A stretch of 64,000 nucleotides of DNA from an uncultured Chloroflexia bacterium (GCA_963713795.1 CAVQNC010000007.1:130863-194862); one strand, 5' to 3'; counted from the first letter of the stretch, positions 53,473 through 63,545 are shown. Notes: a model not told the origin generated them from the sequence alone. Numbers and translations are program-made.

Positions 53473-54398
53473 TGACCGCCGGTGGGGAGCCCCATGCCGG
53501 CGGCATCGGGCCGGAGGATCGACTCTTCGAGCTCCCGCCGGAGCTGGCGATCGACACAGCGGTCGCCCGGCGGGTCATGGTCGACTTCATCCGCAACCAG
53601 CTCCGCCAGGCCGGTTTCTCCCGCGCTCTCCTGGGGCTTTCGGGGGGCATCGACTCGGCCCTGGTCGCATTCCTCGTTGCCGAGGCCATCGGCCCGGAGG
53701 ATCTCCTGTGCGTCCTGATGCCGTACCGGACCTCGTCCCCGGAGTCGGTCGCCGACGCCCGGCTCGTGGTCGACCGGCTCGACTGTGCCAGCGAGATCGT
53801 CGACATCAGCCGGATCGTCGACGGCTACTTCGGCCGCGGCGACGAGCCCGGTGACGGCGGGGCCGCGGCGCGTGAGGCGAGCCCGCTGCGGCGCGGCAAC
53901 TTCATGGCCCGGGCCCGGATGTGCGTGCTGTACGACCGATCGGTGCCGTGGGGCGGTCTCGTCGTCGGCACCGGCAACAAGACCGAGGCCCTGATCGGCT
54001 ACTCGACTCTCTTCGGCGACTCGGCGTCTGCCTTCAACCCGATCGGCGACCTGTACAAGAGCCAGGTCCGGCAGGTCGCCGCCGCCATCGGCGTGCCCGA
54101 GTCGATCATCCGCAAGGCACCGTCGGCCGATCTCTGGCCCGGCCAGACCGACGAGGTCGAGGCCGGCTTCACGTACCCGGAGCTGGACCGGCTGCTTTTC
54201 TGGATGATCGACAAGCGGCGCAGCGACGAGGAGTTGCTGGCCATGGGCTTTCCGGAGCCGGCGGTCGACCGGGTCAAGCGGCTCGTCGCGGTCTCCGAAT
54301 TCAAGCGCCAGGTTCCGCCCGTGGCAAAGCTCGGCCCGCGCACCACCGGCGTGGATTACCTGTACCCACGGCGGCGACCGGGGTCGGCCCGCCGATGA
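53472..54398 (+). CDS. nadE: NAD+ synthetase (ATP pyrophosphatase domain)
   Basis: LGLSGGIDSALVAFL PP-loop SGGxDS, C-terminal NadE motifs; ATG overlaps upstream stop (TGATG). Confidence 0.85.
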   Translation: MTAGGEPHAGGIGPEDRLFELPPELAIDTAVARRVMVDFIRNQLRQAGFSRALLGLSGGIDSALVAFLVAEAIGPEDLLCVLMPYRTSSPESVADARLVVDRLDCASEIVDISRIVDGYFGRGDEPGDGGAAAREASPLRRGNFMARARMCVLYDRSVPWGGLVVGTGNKTEALIGYSTLFGDSASAFNPIGDLYKSQVRQVAAAIGVPESIIRKAPSADLWPGQTDEVEAGFTYPELDRLLFWMIDKRRSDEELLAMGFPEPAVDRVKRLVAVSEFKRQVPPVAKLGPRTTGVDYLYPRRRPGSARR

Positions 54399-55360
54399 GC
54401 CGCGCGGCCGCCGGCGGCGCCGGTCGATCTCGACGCTCCGCGGCCGGCGAGTCGGGGGGCGGCGTGGCCGAGAGCGAGAGTGGGGGAGCAGGCGCCGGGA
54501 TTCGCCCGCAGGGGCTCGGCCGCCTCTTCGTGGTGGCCACTCCGATCGGCAACCTTGGGGACGTCACGTTCCGCGCCGTCGAGGTGCTCAAGAGCGTGCC
54601 GCTCGTCGCCGCCGAGGACACTCGCCTGACCAGGCGGCTCTTTGCGCGGTACGAGATAACCACGCCCATGGTGAGCTATCACGCCCGGAACAGTCGGGGT
54701 CGCGAGTCGGAGCTGCTCGACCACCTCCGGGCCGGGCGTGACCTCGCTCTCGTCAGCGACGCCGGCACGCCGCTGGTGAGCGACCCCGGGGCCGAGCTGG
54801 CATCGGCCTGGGGCGCCGAGGGCGGCGCGGTCGTGCCGATCCCCGGCGCTTCCGCCGTGCTGGCCGCGCTCGTAGCGAGCGGCGTCTCGGCGGCCCGCTG
54901 GAGCTTCGAGGGCTTCCTGCCGCGGAGCGGCAAGGAGCGGCGCAACCGCCTGGCCAGGATCGCGGCCGACGAGCGGGCCTGTGTCGTCTACGAGGCCCCA
55001 TCCCGGGTTTCGGCGACACTGGCCGACCTGGCGGCCGCGGCCGGCGGGGATCGGCGGGCCGCCGTCTGTCGCGAGCTGACCAAGCTCCACGAGGAGATCG
55101 TGCGGGGAGCGCTGGCCGACCTGGCGTCGCGCGCGGCGGCCGGCGCCATCACGCTGCGGGGCGAGTTCGTCCTGGTCATCGAGGCTGCCGCGAGCGGCGC
55201 GGCCTCGCTGCCGGCCGGCGGCGCGGAGCCTGTCTCGATGGCCGAGGCGCGGGCGGACGTGGCCCGCCTCGTGGCGTCCGGAGCCCGGCGGGCCGATGCC
55301 GCCCGGCGGGTCGCCGCAGCCACCGGCCTGGACCGCCACGCCCTGTACCGGCCCGGCTGA
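54395..55360 (+). CDS. rsmI: 16S rRNA (cytidine1402-2'-O)-methyltransferase RsmI with ~45-aa Gly/Ala/Ser-rich N-terminal extension
   Basis: LFVVATPIGNLGDVTFRAVEVLKSV tetrapyrrole-methylase-type N-terminus; start may be internal GTG (~54462). Confidence 0.8.
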   Translation: MSRAAAGGAGRSRRSAAGESGGGVAESESGGAGAGIRPQGLGRLFVVATPIGNLGDVTFRAVEVLKSVPLVAAEDTRLTRRLFARYEITTPMVSYHARNSRGRESELLDHLRAGRDLALVSDAGTPLVSDPGAELASAWGAEGGAVVPIPGASAVLAALVASGVSAARWSFEGFLPRSGKERRNRLARIAADERACVVYEAPSRVSATLADLAAAAGGDRRAAVCRELTKLHEEIVRGALADLASRAAAGAITLRGEFVLVIEAAASGAASLPAGGAEPVSMAEARADVARLVASGARRADAARRVAAATGLDRHALYRPG

Positions 55361-55425
55361 TCCGGTGGCGGCCGGAGGGGCCGGGGCCGCCGAGGCCGCG
55401 GTGCCGTCCTGTCCGCCCGAGTCGG

Positions 55426-55449
55426 GACGGCCGCGGTGCCGTTTTCTCT
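55426..55449 (+). terminator. Candidate intrinsic terminator: short hairpin ACGGC-CGCGGT-GCCGT followed by TTTTCTCT
   Basis: U-rich tract is conspicuous in this GC-rich DNA; lies 66 nt after rsmI stop; the 14-nt GGCCGCGGTGCCGT is also directly repeated 35 nt upstream. Confidence 0.4.
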
Positions 55450-55599
55450 GCCCGAGACGGCGGCGGCCATGCCTCTCGCCGGGCGCCCGTCACGTCCCGG
55501 CGACCGGGAAGGCTGGAGACTGACCGGCCGGCGCTATACACTCTCCGCAGGCGAGGTTCGCCCAAGAATCTCCATCCGTGCGACCGCAGGGAGGGTCTC

Positions 55600-56724
55600 A
55601 TGACGGGCAAGCTCAGGACAGTCCTGGCGCTAGTTGCGACCGCGACGCTGGTGGCGGCGTGCTCGAGTTCGAGTGCCACGCCAACCAAGGCACCGCTGAA
55701 GATCGGCGTGGTAACTGACGTAGGCTCGGTCACCGACCACACGTTCAACCAGTACTCGTACGAAGGTGCGAAGGCGGCCGCCACCGCCCTCGGCGCCACG
55801 GTCAACTACGCGGTTCCGGCCGACGCCTCGGACTACACCAAGGACATCCAGGGATTCGTCGACCAGAACTACAACATCATCGTCACCGTCGGCTTCAACC
55901 TGGGCAACGCCACCATCACGGCCGCGAAGGCCAACCCGAACATCTGGTTCGTTGCCGTTGACGTGGCCCCCTGCGTCGACCCGACGGGCGCCCCGGACAG
56001 CACCTTCGCCTGCAAGGGCGACGCCGCGACCCTCCTGCCCAAGCTCATCGGGATCCAGTTCCAGGAGGATCAGGCCGGCTACCTGGCCGGTATCGTCGCC
56101 GCGGCCGTCAGCAAGACCGGCGTCGTCGGCCAGATCGGCGGCATCAACAACAACCCGGCCGTCGTGCGCTACATGCAGGGCTTCCAGCTCGGCGCCGCGT
56201 CCTACAACTCCAGCATCCAGGTGAAGACCGGCTGGTTCTCGACCGGTGACCTGACCAAGGCCTACGGCGACCCGGTCTGGGGCAAGACCTACAGCACCCA
56301 GTTCATCTCCCAGCAGGGGGTCGACGTCCTCTTCCAGGTCGCGGGCAACACCGGTAACGGCGCCCTCGACGCCGCCTGCGCCGCCGGCATCTACGGCATC
56401 GGCGTGGACGTGGACGAGTTCCTGACCTACCCGAGCGCGGACAAGTGCATCGTCACCTCGGCCGAGAAGAACGTTTCGGCGGCCGTGAACCAGACGGTCA
56501 CTGCCATCGCCAACAACACCGTTACCAGCGGCACGCTCGTCAAGGACGGCATCGCGAAGTTCAATGCCGCCAACAACGGCGTGGGCTACGCCCCCCTCAG
56601 CGAGAACACGCTGGTGACCTACCCGTCCGACCTCCAGGGCAAGCTCGATGCCGCCGTCGCGGCGATGAAGGCGGGCACCCTGACGACCTGCCCGGCCCAA
56701 TGCGGAACCTGGACCGGCCAGTAG
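55600..56724 (+). CDS. BMP-family (PnrA/Med-like) ABC transporter substrate-binding lipoprotein, probable nucleoside binder
   Basis: Lipobox LVAAC, LKIGVVTDVGSVTDHTFNQ BMP signature; GGGAGGG RBS. Confidence 0.85.
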   Translation: MTGKLRTVLALVATATLVAACSSSSATPTKAPLKIGVVTDVGSVTDHTFNQYSYEGAKAAATALGATVNYAVPADASDYTKDIQGFVDQNYNIIVTVGFNLGNATITAAKANPNIWFVAVDVAPCVDPTGAPDSTFACKGDAATLLPKLIGIQFQEDQAGYLAGIVAAAVSKTGVVGQIGGINNNPAVVRYMQGFQLGAASYNSSIQVKTGWFSTGDLTKAYGDPVWGKTYSTQFISQQGVDVLFQVAGNTGNGALDAACAAGIYGIGVDVDEFLTYPSADKCIVTSAEKNVSAAVNQTVTAIANNTVTSGTLVKDGIAKFNAANNGVGYAPLSENTLVTYPSDLQGKLDAAVAAMKAGTLTTCPAQCGTWTGQ

Positions 56725-56822
56725 TCGGGCCTCGGTAGCGCAAGCCAAGTCTCGAGCGGGTCGCGCCTTCACGGCGCGGCCCGCTCCGTCTATCCGCCCG
56801 GCCTCGACCAATCGAGGAAGCC

Positions 56823-58388
56823 ATGATCGACGACGCCGCCAGCGGGAGCGCCCCGGCTCTCGAGATGCGCGGGATAACGAAGCGATACCCCGGTGTGGTG
56901 GCCAATGACCACATCGACCTCGACGTGCGCCGGGGCGAGATCCACGCCCTGCTCGGTGAGAACGGCGCCGGCAAGACCACGCTGATGAACGTCCTGTACG
57001 GGCTGGCCCGGCCGGACGAGGGCCGGATCCTGATGGACGGCCGCGAGGCCCAGATCGCCGGACCGGCGGATGCGATAGCCCGGGGCATCAGCATGGTTCA
57101 CCAGCACTTCATGCTCGTGCCCGTACTGAGCGTCGCCGAGAACGTGATACTCGGTTCCGAGACGATGTCCAACCGCGTCTTCGTGGATCGGCGCGAAGCG
57201 AGCCGGCGCATAGCGGCGCTGGCCGCCCGCTTCGGTTTCGACCTCGACCCGGACGTCAAGGTCGGCTCCCTTTCCGTTGGGCAGCAGCAGAGAGTCGAGA
57301 TCCTGAAGGCCCTGTACCGCGACGCCGGAATCCTTGTGCTCGACGAGCCGACGGCCGTTCTGACGCCGGGCGAAACCGAGGAGATCTTCGCCCTGCTGCG
57401 CCGCCTCGCCTCCGACGGGCGTTCGATCGTGTTCATCAGCCACAAGCTCTACGAGGTCCTCGAGGTCGCCGACCGGATCACGGTTATCCGGCGTGGCCGG
57501 GTGATCGGGGAGAGGAAGCCGGCCGAGACGACCGAGGAGGAGCTCGCGGAACTCATGGTCGGTCGCGAGGTGGAGCTGACCGTCGACCGCGGCGTCTCGA
57601 GCGTGGGAGACCCAGTGTTGCGCGTGGAGGGGCTCCGCGTCGCCGACGATCGCCATCACGAGGTCGTTCCCGACGCCACGTTCGAGATCCGCGCCGGCGA
57701 GATCCTAGGCGTCGCCGGCGTCGCCGGCAACGGCCAGGACGAGCTCGTGCAGGCGCTGATCGGCCTGCGGCGATCGCTCGGCGGCAAGGTCACCCTGATG
57801 GGGCGGAACGTGACGGGCCTGTCGCCCCGCCGGTTGAACGAGGCCGGGGTGGGCTACGTCCCCGGCGACCGGCACCGCTTTGGCTTGATCCTGTCGTTCC
57901 CGCTGTATGACAACCTGGTCCTCACCAGCTACTACCGCCCGCCATTCGCGCGCGGCCCGCTCCGCAACGACTCGGCCATCCTCGAATCCGCGGCCGCGCA
58001 GGTCGACCGCTACGACATCCGCACGCCTTCCGTCCAGGTCAAGACATCGACCCTCTCGGGCGGAAACCAGCAAAAGGTCGTCGTCGCGAGGGAGTTCGAT
58101 CGGGACTTGACGCTGCTCATCCTGGATCAGCCCACGCGCGGCCTGGACGTCGGCAGCATCGAGTTCATCCACCGCCAAATCATCGCCAAGCGCGACGCTG
58201 GTACGGCCGTGCTGCTCGTGTCGGCGGAGCTCGACGAGATCATGGAGATGTCCGACCGGATCACCGTGATGTACCGCGGCCGAATGGTGGCCGAGCTGGA
58301 CGGGCGGACCGCGGACAAGAGCGAAGTGGGCTTGTTGATGGCCACCGGCGGCCAGGAGGGGGCGACTCAGAAGGAGGCATCGGCGTGA
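56823..58388 (+). CDS. Nucleoside/sugar ABC transporter ATP-binding protein with duplicated ATPase domains
   Basis: Two NBDs: GENGAGKTT ... LSVGQQQRVEI; second LSGGNQQKV. Confidence 0.85.
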   Translation: MIDDAASGSAPALEMRGITKRYPGVVANDHIDLDVRRGEIHALLGENGAGKTTLMNVLYGLARPDEGRILMDGREAQIAGPADAIARGISMVHQHFMLVPVLSVAENVILGSETMSNRVFVDRREASRRIAALAARFGFDLDPDVKVGSLSVGQQQRVEILKALYRDAGILVLDEPTAVLTPGETEEIFALLRRLASDGRSIVFISHKLYEVLEVADRITVIRRGRVIGERKPAETTEEELAELMVGREVELTVDRGVSSVGDPVLRVEGLRVADDRHHEVVPDATFEIRAGEILGVAGVAGNGQDELVQALIGLRRSLGGKVTLMGRNVTGLSPRRLNEAGVGYVPGDRHRFGLILSFPLYDNLVLTSYYRPPFARGPLRNDSAILESAAAQVDRYDIRTPSVQVKTSTLSGGNQQKVVVAREFDRDLTLLILDQPTRGLDVGSIEFIHRQIIAKRDAGTAVLLVSAELDEIMEMSDRITVMYRGRMVAELDGRTADKSEVGLLMATGGQEGATQKEASA

Positions 58389-59566
58389 GCCGTCCGGAAA
58401 CGATCCAGCCGCCGATGGTCCGAGCTCGGAAGGCCGTCGTCCGCGCCATCGTCGCGTCGGCCCAGCCGGTCGCCGAGCCGCTGGTTGCCATCCTTCTGGC
58501 GCTCCTGGTCGGGGCCGTCGGCATCACCGCCTTCAGCGGGCTCCTGGCCGGCCATTCGAGTTTCGACGTCGGCCTTCCCGTGGCCGCCTACCTGGCCCTG
58601 CTGCAGGGAGTGGCGAGCCCCAACGGCTTCACCTCCACGCTCGTCTACTCGACCCCGCTGATCCTGGCTGGCCTCGGCGTCGGCCTCGGCTTCAAGGCCG
58701 GCCTCTTCAACATCGGCGGTCGCGGCCAGTTCCTGTTCGGCACCGTCGGAGCGATGGCCGTCGCGTCGACCGTGGGCGTGACGCAGAGCTCGTACATAAC
58801 GATCCCGCTGGCCCTCCTCGCGGGGGCCTTGTTCGGGGCCGCGGCAGGCTTCATCCCGGGCTTCCTGAAAGCCACGTCGGGAGCCCATGAGGTCGTGACC
58901 ACGATCATGCTCAATTACGTCTTCGTCTTCGTGACCTACTGGGCGATCAGCGGTCCGCTCGTCCTGCCCAACGCCCATCAGCCGATCACGGCCGACGTGA
59001 GCGACAGGAACGCGGCCCTGCCCATCATCCTCGGGCGGGACGGCAACGCCGGCATCCTGCTGGCCCTGATCGCCGTTCCCGTCATTTGGTTCTTGCTCTA
59101 CCGAACGACGCTCGGGTTCGAGATCCGAGCGGCCGGTGCCAACGCCGACGCGGCCCGCTACGGCGGCATGAGGACGAATCGTCTGATCGTCCTGACCATG
59201 TCGATCGCCGGCTTGATGTGCGGCCTGGCCGGCGCGACGACGCTTCTGGGCGTGGTTCATCAGATCGCGCCCGGCTACGACACCACCGTCGGCTTCGACG
59301 CCATCACCGTCGCCCTGCTGGGACGATCCAACCCGATCGGCATCCTCTTCTCCGGCCTGCTGCTGGGCGCGATGCGGGCCGGCTCGCAGTCGATGCAGAT
59401 ACAGGCCGGCGTGCCCGCCGAGCTCGTGGATGCGCTCCAGGCGATCATCCTGGTCTTCCTGGTGGTCAACGCCCTGCGGCGCTGGCTGGATCGCAGGGCG
59501 GCAAGACGCGGCCCGACGCCGTCGGTCGGCGCCGATCTTCCCGGAACGGCGGAGAGCGTCGCATGA
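58385..59566 (+). CDS. ABC transporter permease (BMP/nucleoside system, NupB-like)
   Basis: Polytopic, branched-chain/ribose-type permease pattern; overlaps neighbours by 4 nt. Confidence 0.8.
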   Translation: MSRPETIQPPMVRARKAVVRAIVASAQPVAEPLVAILLALLVGAVGITAFSGLLAGHSSFDVGLPVAAYLALLQGVASPNGFTSTLVYSTPLILAGLGVGLGFKAGLFNIGGRGQFLFGTVGAMAVASTVGVTQSSYITIPLALLAGALFGAAAGFIPGFLKATSGAHEVVTTIMLNYVFVFVTYWAISGPLVLPNAHQPITADVSDRNAALPIILGRDGNAGILLALIAVPVIWFLLYRTTLGFEIRAAGANADAARYGGMRTNRLIVLTMSIAGLMCGLAGATTLLGVVHQIAPGYDTTVGFDAITVALLGRSNPIGILFSGLLLGAMRAGSQSMQIQAGVPAELVDALQAIILVFLVVNALRRWLDRRAARRGPTPSVGADLPGTAESVA

Positions 59567-60642
59567 ACGCCATTCCACAGGCGCTGGATGCCATCCCGGT
59601 GCTGGGCCTCGTATTCCAGTTCCTCGGGTACACGCTCGCGAACCTCGAGTACATGTCGCAGACCACGGTCGCAGTTGCGGTGCCGATTACGCTCGCGGCC
59701 CTGACGGGCGTCCTGTGCGAGCGGTCCGGCGTGGTCAACATCGGCATCGAGGGCATCATGCTGACGGCCGCGTTCGTCGGGTGGATCGTCGGCGTCGCCG
59801 TCTCCGGCGCGCTCGGCCCGGGCACGCCGCTCCCGCTCTTTGGCGTGACCGTGCCGCTCCTGGCCGGCCTCGTGGCGGCCATCCTGGTCGGGATGCTGGT
59901 GTCTCTCCTCCATGCCTGGCTGGCCATCTCGATGCGCGTTGATCAGATCATCAGCGGCACGATCGTGAACATCGGAGCCGCGGGCGTCACCGGCTACCTC
60001 TACACCCTGATCGCCTCGCAGGCGCCGACCGGAGCGGGCAGCTTCGCCCAGTACCAGGTTCCAAAGGAGGTGGCCGATCTCCCGCTGGTCGGCTGGCTTA
60101 TCAACGCCGTGTTCAGCCAGGGCCCCATCGGTCTGAGCACGATCGTGATAGTGATCGTGCTGCAGGTGATGCTGTTCCGATCCCGCTGGGGCCTGCGGAC
60201 CCGGGCGGCCGGGGAGCATCCCAGGGCCGCGGAGACGGTCGGCATCGACGTCATCCGGCTTCGCTACCGCAACGTCGTCATGTCCGGCGCGCTCGCCGCG
60301 CTCGGCGGCGCCTGGCTGAGCATGGAGCAGACCAACAACTTCAACGCGGACATGACCGCCGGACGCGGCTTCATCGGCCTGGCGGCGATGATCGTGGGCC
60401 GCTGGACGCCTCTTGGAGCCTTCGGGGCGGCCCTGCTGTTCGCCTCGGCCACCGGGCTGAGCACCTCGCTCCAGATCTCACCGCCCAAGGGACAGCTCGG
60501 CCAGCTGATGGCCTACGTCCCGGGCGAGTTCTGGGAGGCGCTGCCCTACATCATCACGATCGTGATCCTGGCCGGCGTGATCGGCCGGAGCATCGCCCCG
60601 GCCGCCGACGGCCAGCCTTACGAGCGCGAATCGGCGACTTGA
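59563..60642 (+). CDS. ABC transporter permease (BMP/nucleoside system, NupC-like)
   Basis: Polytopic permease; ATGA overlap with upstream permease. Confidence 0.8.
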   Translation: MNAIPQALDAIPVLGLVFQFLGYTLANLEYMSQTTVAVAVPITLAALTGVLCERSGVVNIGIEGIMLTAAFVGWIVGVAVSGALGPGTPLPLFGVTVPLLAGLVAAILVGMLVSLLHAWLAISMRVDQIISGTIVNIGAAGVTGYLYTLIASQAPTGAGSFAQYQVPKEVADLPLVGWLINAVFSQGPIGLSTIVIVIVLQVMLFRSRWGLRTRAAGEHPRAAETVGIDVIRLRYRNVVMSGALAALGGAWLSMEQTNNFNADMTAGRGFIGLAAMIVGRWTPLGAFGAALLFASATGLSTSLQISPPKGQLGQLMAYVPGEFWEALPYIITIVILAGVIGRSIAPAADGQPYERESAT

Positions 60643-60673
60643 TCGGCGAGGCTTTCAAGCCGGGAGCCGGCGC

Positions 60674-61531
60674 TCAGGCGTTCCGCAGGAGCGACGGATA
60701 GAAGGTCGTCTTGCCGGCCGCGGTCTTGAGGCGGGCCCACTCGTCCAGGATCGCGACGGCCTCGTTGGCGGCGTGGATCGTCCGTTCCTCGGCGCCGTTG
60801 TCGCCGAAGGCGTTCGTGGCCCGGTTGCCCACGGCACCGAGGACCGCGCCGCTCCTCATGCCGAAAAGCCTCGCCAGCAGGAAGAGGGCGGAGCATTCCA
60901 TCTCGAGGCAGGCGACGCCGGCTTTGCGCATGTCCTCGATAACTCCGTCGGCGGCCGATTGCCAGAAGCCGCCGGTGACCGGACGTTCCTGGCCGAGATA
61001 GAAGGACCCGACGCTGCAGACGATGCCGAGGTGATAGCGATAGCCCAGGCGCTCGCAGGCCTCGATCAGGGCCATGTAGACCTCGGGATCGGCGAAGGCC
61101 GGATACTCGGGCGGGAGGTAGCGCTCGGACGTTCCGTCCCGCCTGACCGCCGCGACCGGCACGATCAGGTCACCGGGTTCTATCTCCGCTCGCAGGGCGC
61201 CACACGTTCCGACGCGTATGATCGTCCGGCCGCCGATGGTCGCGAACTCGTGGGCCGCGATCTCGAGGCTCGGTGAGCCGATCCCGCTCGAGATCGCCCC
61301 GATCGGGACGCCCTTGTAGGTGCCCCGGGCCGAGCGGTACTCGCGGTGGAAGGCCAGCTCCTCGGCGTCGTCCCAGGTGGCCTGCATCCTCTGGACGCGG
61401 CCGGGATCGCCGGGCATCAGTACGGTCTGCGGGATCTGCCCGGGTGAGAGATGCAGGTGATACTGTGCCCCAGTCTCGTTGGTCGGCGCGTCGGCGCGAC
61501 GCCTGGCCGCGGTCGGGCCGTTAGTGTCCAT
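60674..61531 (-). CDS. Nucleoside phosphorylase, PNP/UDP family 1 (uridine phosphorylase-like)
   Basis: YHLHL...VLMPGDPGR, RVGTCGAL, LEMECSALF (family-1 ME(S/T)A-type motif); start ATG MDTNGPT. Confidence 0.75.
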   Translation of the reverse strand: MDTNGPTAARRRADAPTNETGAQYHLHLSPGQIPQTVLMPGDPGRVQRMQATWDDAEELAFHREYRSARGTYKGVPIGAISSGIGSPSLEIAAHEFATIGGRTIIRVGTCGALRAEIEPGDLIVPVAAVRRDGTSERYLPPEYPAFADPEVYMALIEACERLGYRYHLGIVCSVGSFYLGQERPVTGGFWQSAADGVIEDMRKAGVACLEMECSALFLLARLFGMRSGAVLGAVGNRATNAFGDNGAEERTIHAANEAVAILDEWARLKTAAGKTTFYPSLLRNA

Positions 61532-61617
61532 CGGTCTTCTCTCCTCGGCGGGATGGTCCCTGGTCGCAGGAGACGCTATCACTCATCTGGCCGGCAGTCG
61601 CATGTGAGGTCGTCGCG

Positions 61618-62100
61618 ATGACGAGGGGCGGTATCCAGTTGATCGATCGGGCCGAGGCGGCCGCCCGATTGCCGGAGTTCGATGCCCTGCTGCAACTGGC
61701 ACTGACCGCTCAGACACGGGCCCGGGCGCCCTATTCCAGGTTCAACGTCGGCGCGGCGGTGCTCGGCGGAAGCGGCGCGGCCTATCCCGGGTGCAACGTC
61801 GAGTCGGCGTCCTACGGGGCGACGACATGCGCCGAAAGGAGCGCGGTCGTCGGGGCGGTCGCGGCCGGCGAGTCGGCAATCCGGGCCTGCGTCGTCGTCA
61901 CGCCGACGGCCGAGCCGTCGAGCCCGTGTGGCATCTGCCGCCAGCTCCTGAGGGAGTTCGGCACGGACATGCTCGTCTTCGCGGCGTCGAGCGTGAGCGA
62001 CTCCGTCTACGCGGCGCGATTGGGCGATCTGCTGCCGCTGTCGTTCGGCCCGGGAAACCTCGAAGAGGCGGGCGCGAGCCCTGAGGCGGGGGCGGTATGA
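61618..62100 (+). CDS. cdd: Cytidine deaminase
   Basis: Zinc-ligand motifs CAERSA and PCGICRQ. Confidence 0.85.
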   Translation: MTRGGIQLIDRAEAAARLPEFDALLQLALTAQTRARAPYSRFNVGAAVLGGSGAAYPGCNVESASYGATTCAERSAVVGAVAAGESAIRACVVVTPTAEPSSPCGICRQLLREFGTDMLVFAASSVSDSVYAARLGDLLPLSFGPGNLEEAGASPEAGAV

Positions 62101-62999
62101 CCCAGACGTCGGCCGCCCCGGGAGACGCGGGCAGGGGCGCCGGCTTCGAGCTGGGCCGTGAGATACCGCCGGCGGAGCAGCCGGCCAGGCTCGATGCCAT
62201 GGCAGCCGAGGTCCGCAGCCGTACGGCCATGGTGCCGCGCCTGGGGCTGGTGCTCGGCTCGGGGCTGGGCGGGCTGGCCGATGCCGTCGAGGCCGAGAGC
62301 TCGATCGGTTTCGCCGAAGTCCCGGGATGGCCGCCGGCCACGGCCCCAGGCCACGCCGGGCGGCTGGTCATGGGCCGCCTCGCCGGAGTGCCGGTCGTGA
62401 TCATGCAGGGCCGTTTCCACCTCTACGAGGGTCACTCCGCCGGTCTCGTGGTCGAGCCGGTGCTGCTCATGCGGCGCCTCGGGGCCGAGATACTCGTGCT
62501 CACGAACGCGGCCGGGGGAGTCAACCCAGCCTTCGACGCCGGTACGCTGATGATCATCTCCGATCACATGAACATGACCGGGCGTCATCCGCTCATCGGG
62601 CCCAACGCGGAGCAACTCGGGGCCCGCTTCCCGGATATGACCGGCGTGTGGGAAGCGGACCTGAGGTCCCGCCTGCGCGCCGCGGCGGCGGCCGAAGGAG
62701 TGGCGATGACGGAGGGCGTTTACGCCTGCCTGCTGGGGCCGAGCTACGAGACTCCGGCCGAGGTGCGGATGCTTGCCCGCCTGGGCGCCGACGCCGTCGG
62801 CATGTCCACCGCGCTCGAGGCGATCGCGGCCCGATGGGCCGGCATGCGGGTCTGCGGCGTCTCGCTCGTCACCAATCCTGGCGCGGGGCTCTCTGGCATG
62901 GAGTTGAGCCACGCCGAGGTTCTAGCTGCCGCCGAGACGGCCGGCCCGCGACTGGCCCGAGTTATCGCTCGCTTCGTAGGGGAGCTGGGGCCTGGATAG
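62097..62999 (+). CDS. punA: Purine nucleoside phosphorylase (PNP/MTAP family 2, PunA-like)
   Basis: LGLVLGSGLG, VVIMQGRFHLYEG, HVIGDDH-type TNAAGG / MSTALEA motifs; ATGA overlap with cdd. Confidence 0.85.
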   Translation: MTQTSAAPGDAGRGAGFELGREIPPAEQPARLDAMAAEVRSRTAMVPRLGLVLGSGLGGLADAVEAESSIGFAEVPGWPPATAPGHAGRLVMGRLAGVPVVIMQGRFHLYEGHSAGLVVEPVLLMRRLGAEILVLTNAAGGVNPAFDAGTLMIISDHMNMTGRHPLIGPNAEQLGARFPDMTGVWEADLRSRLRAAAAAEGVAMTEGVYACLLGPSYETPAEVRMLARLGADAVGMSTALEAIAARWAGMRVCGVSLVTNPGAGLSGMELSHAEVLAAAETAGPRLARVIARFVGELGPG

Positions 63000-63083
63000 A
63001 CCGCGGCTGAGTCGTCCGCCAACTTGAGTTGGCCGGAGCGCAGCCCGCCTGGGGGAAACGAGCCGCGCTCCGGAGGGTGGGAT

Positions 63084-63545
63084 CTAGGCCAGGACGAGTA
63101 CCTGGTCCGAGTCGCTCGAGGCGCCCTCGGGTGCTTCGTCCGTGGTGCCGGTCTCCTCGGAGTCCGGCACGATCGGGCCGGCCGCGTCTCCCGAGGCCTG
63201 AGAAGCGAGCGACTCGGCCTCGTAGTCGCGCTTGCGGCGCCCCGAGAGCATCTCGACGGAGGTCGCGACGACTTCCGTCTTCCAGTGGCGCGTACCGCGG
63301 TCGTCGTCCCACTGGCGGGTCTGCAGCCGGCCCTCGATGGCGACCTGCTGCCCCTTACCCAGGTACTGGCCGCAGACCTGCGCGAGGCGGTCCCAGACGA
63401 CCACGTTGTGGTATTCCGCGCGCTCTTTGCCGTTGCCGCGGAACTCGTTGGTGGCCACCGCGAAGGTGGCGACGCTCGATCCGCTGGCCAGCGATCGAAG
63501 TTCAGGGTCGCGGGTCAGTCGGCCGGTCAGAAGGACCTTGTTCAC
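63084..63545 (-). CDS. ssb: Single-stranded DNA-binding protein with atypical C-terminus
   Basis: OB-fold N-terminus MNKVLLTGRLTRDPELR...HNVVVWDRLA...VAIEGRLQTRQW; acidic tail ends DSDQVLVLA instead of canonical DDDIPF-type tip. Confidence 0.85.
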   Translation of the reverse strand: MNKVLLTGRLTRDPELRSLASGSSVATFAVATNEFRGNGKERAEYHNVVVWDRLAQVCGQYLGKGQQVAIEGRLQTRQWDDDRGTRHWKTEVVATSVEMLSGRRKRDYEAESLASQASGDAAGPIVPDSEETGTTDEAPEGASSDSDQVLVLA

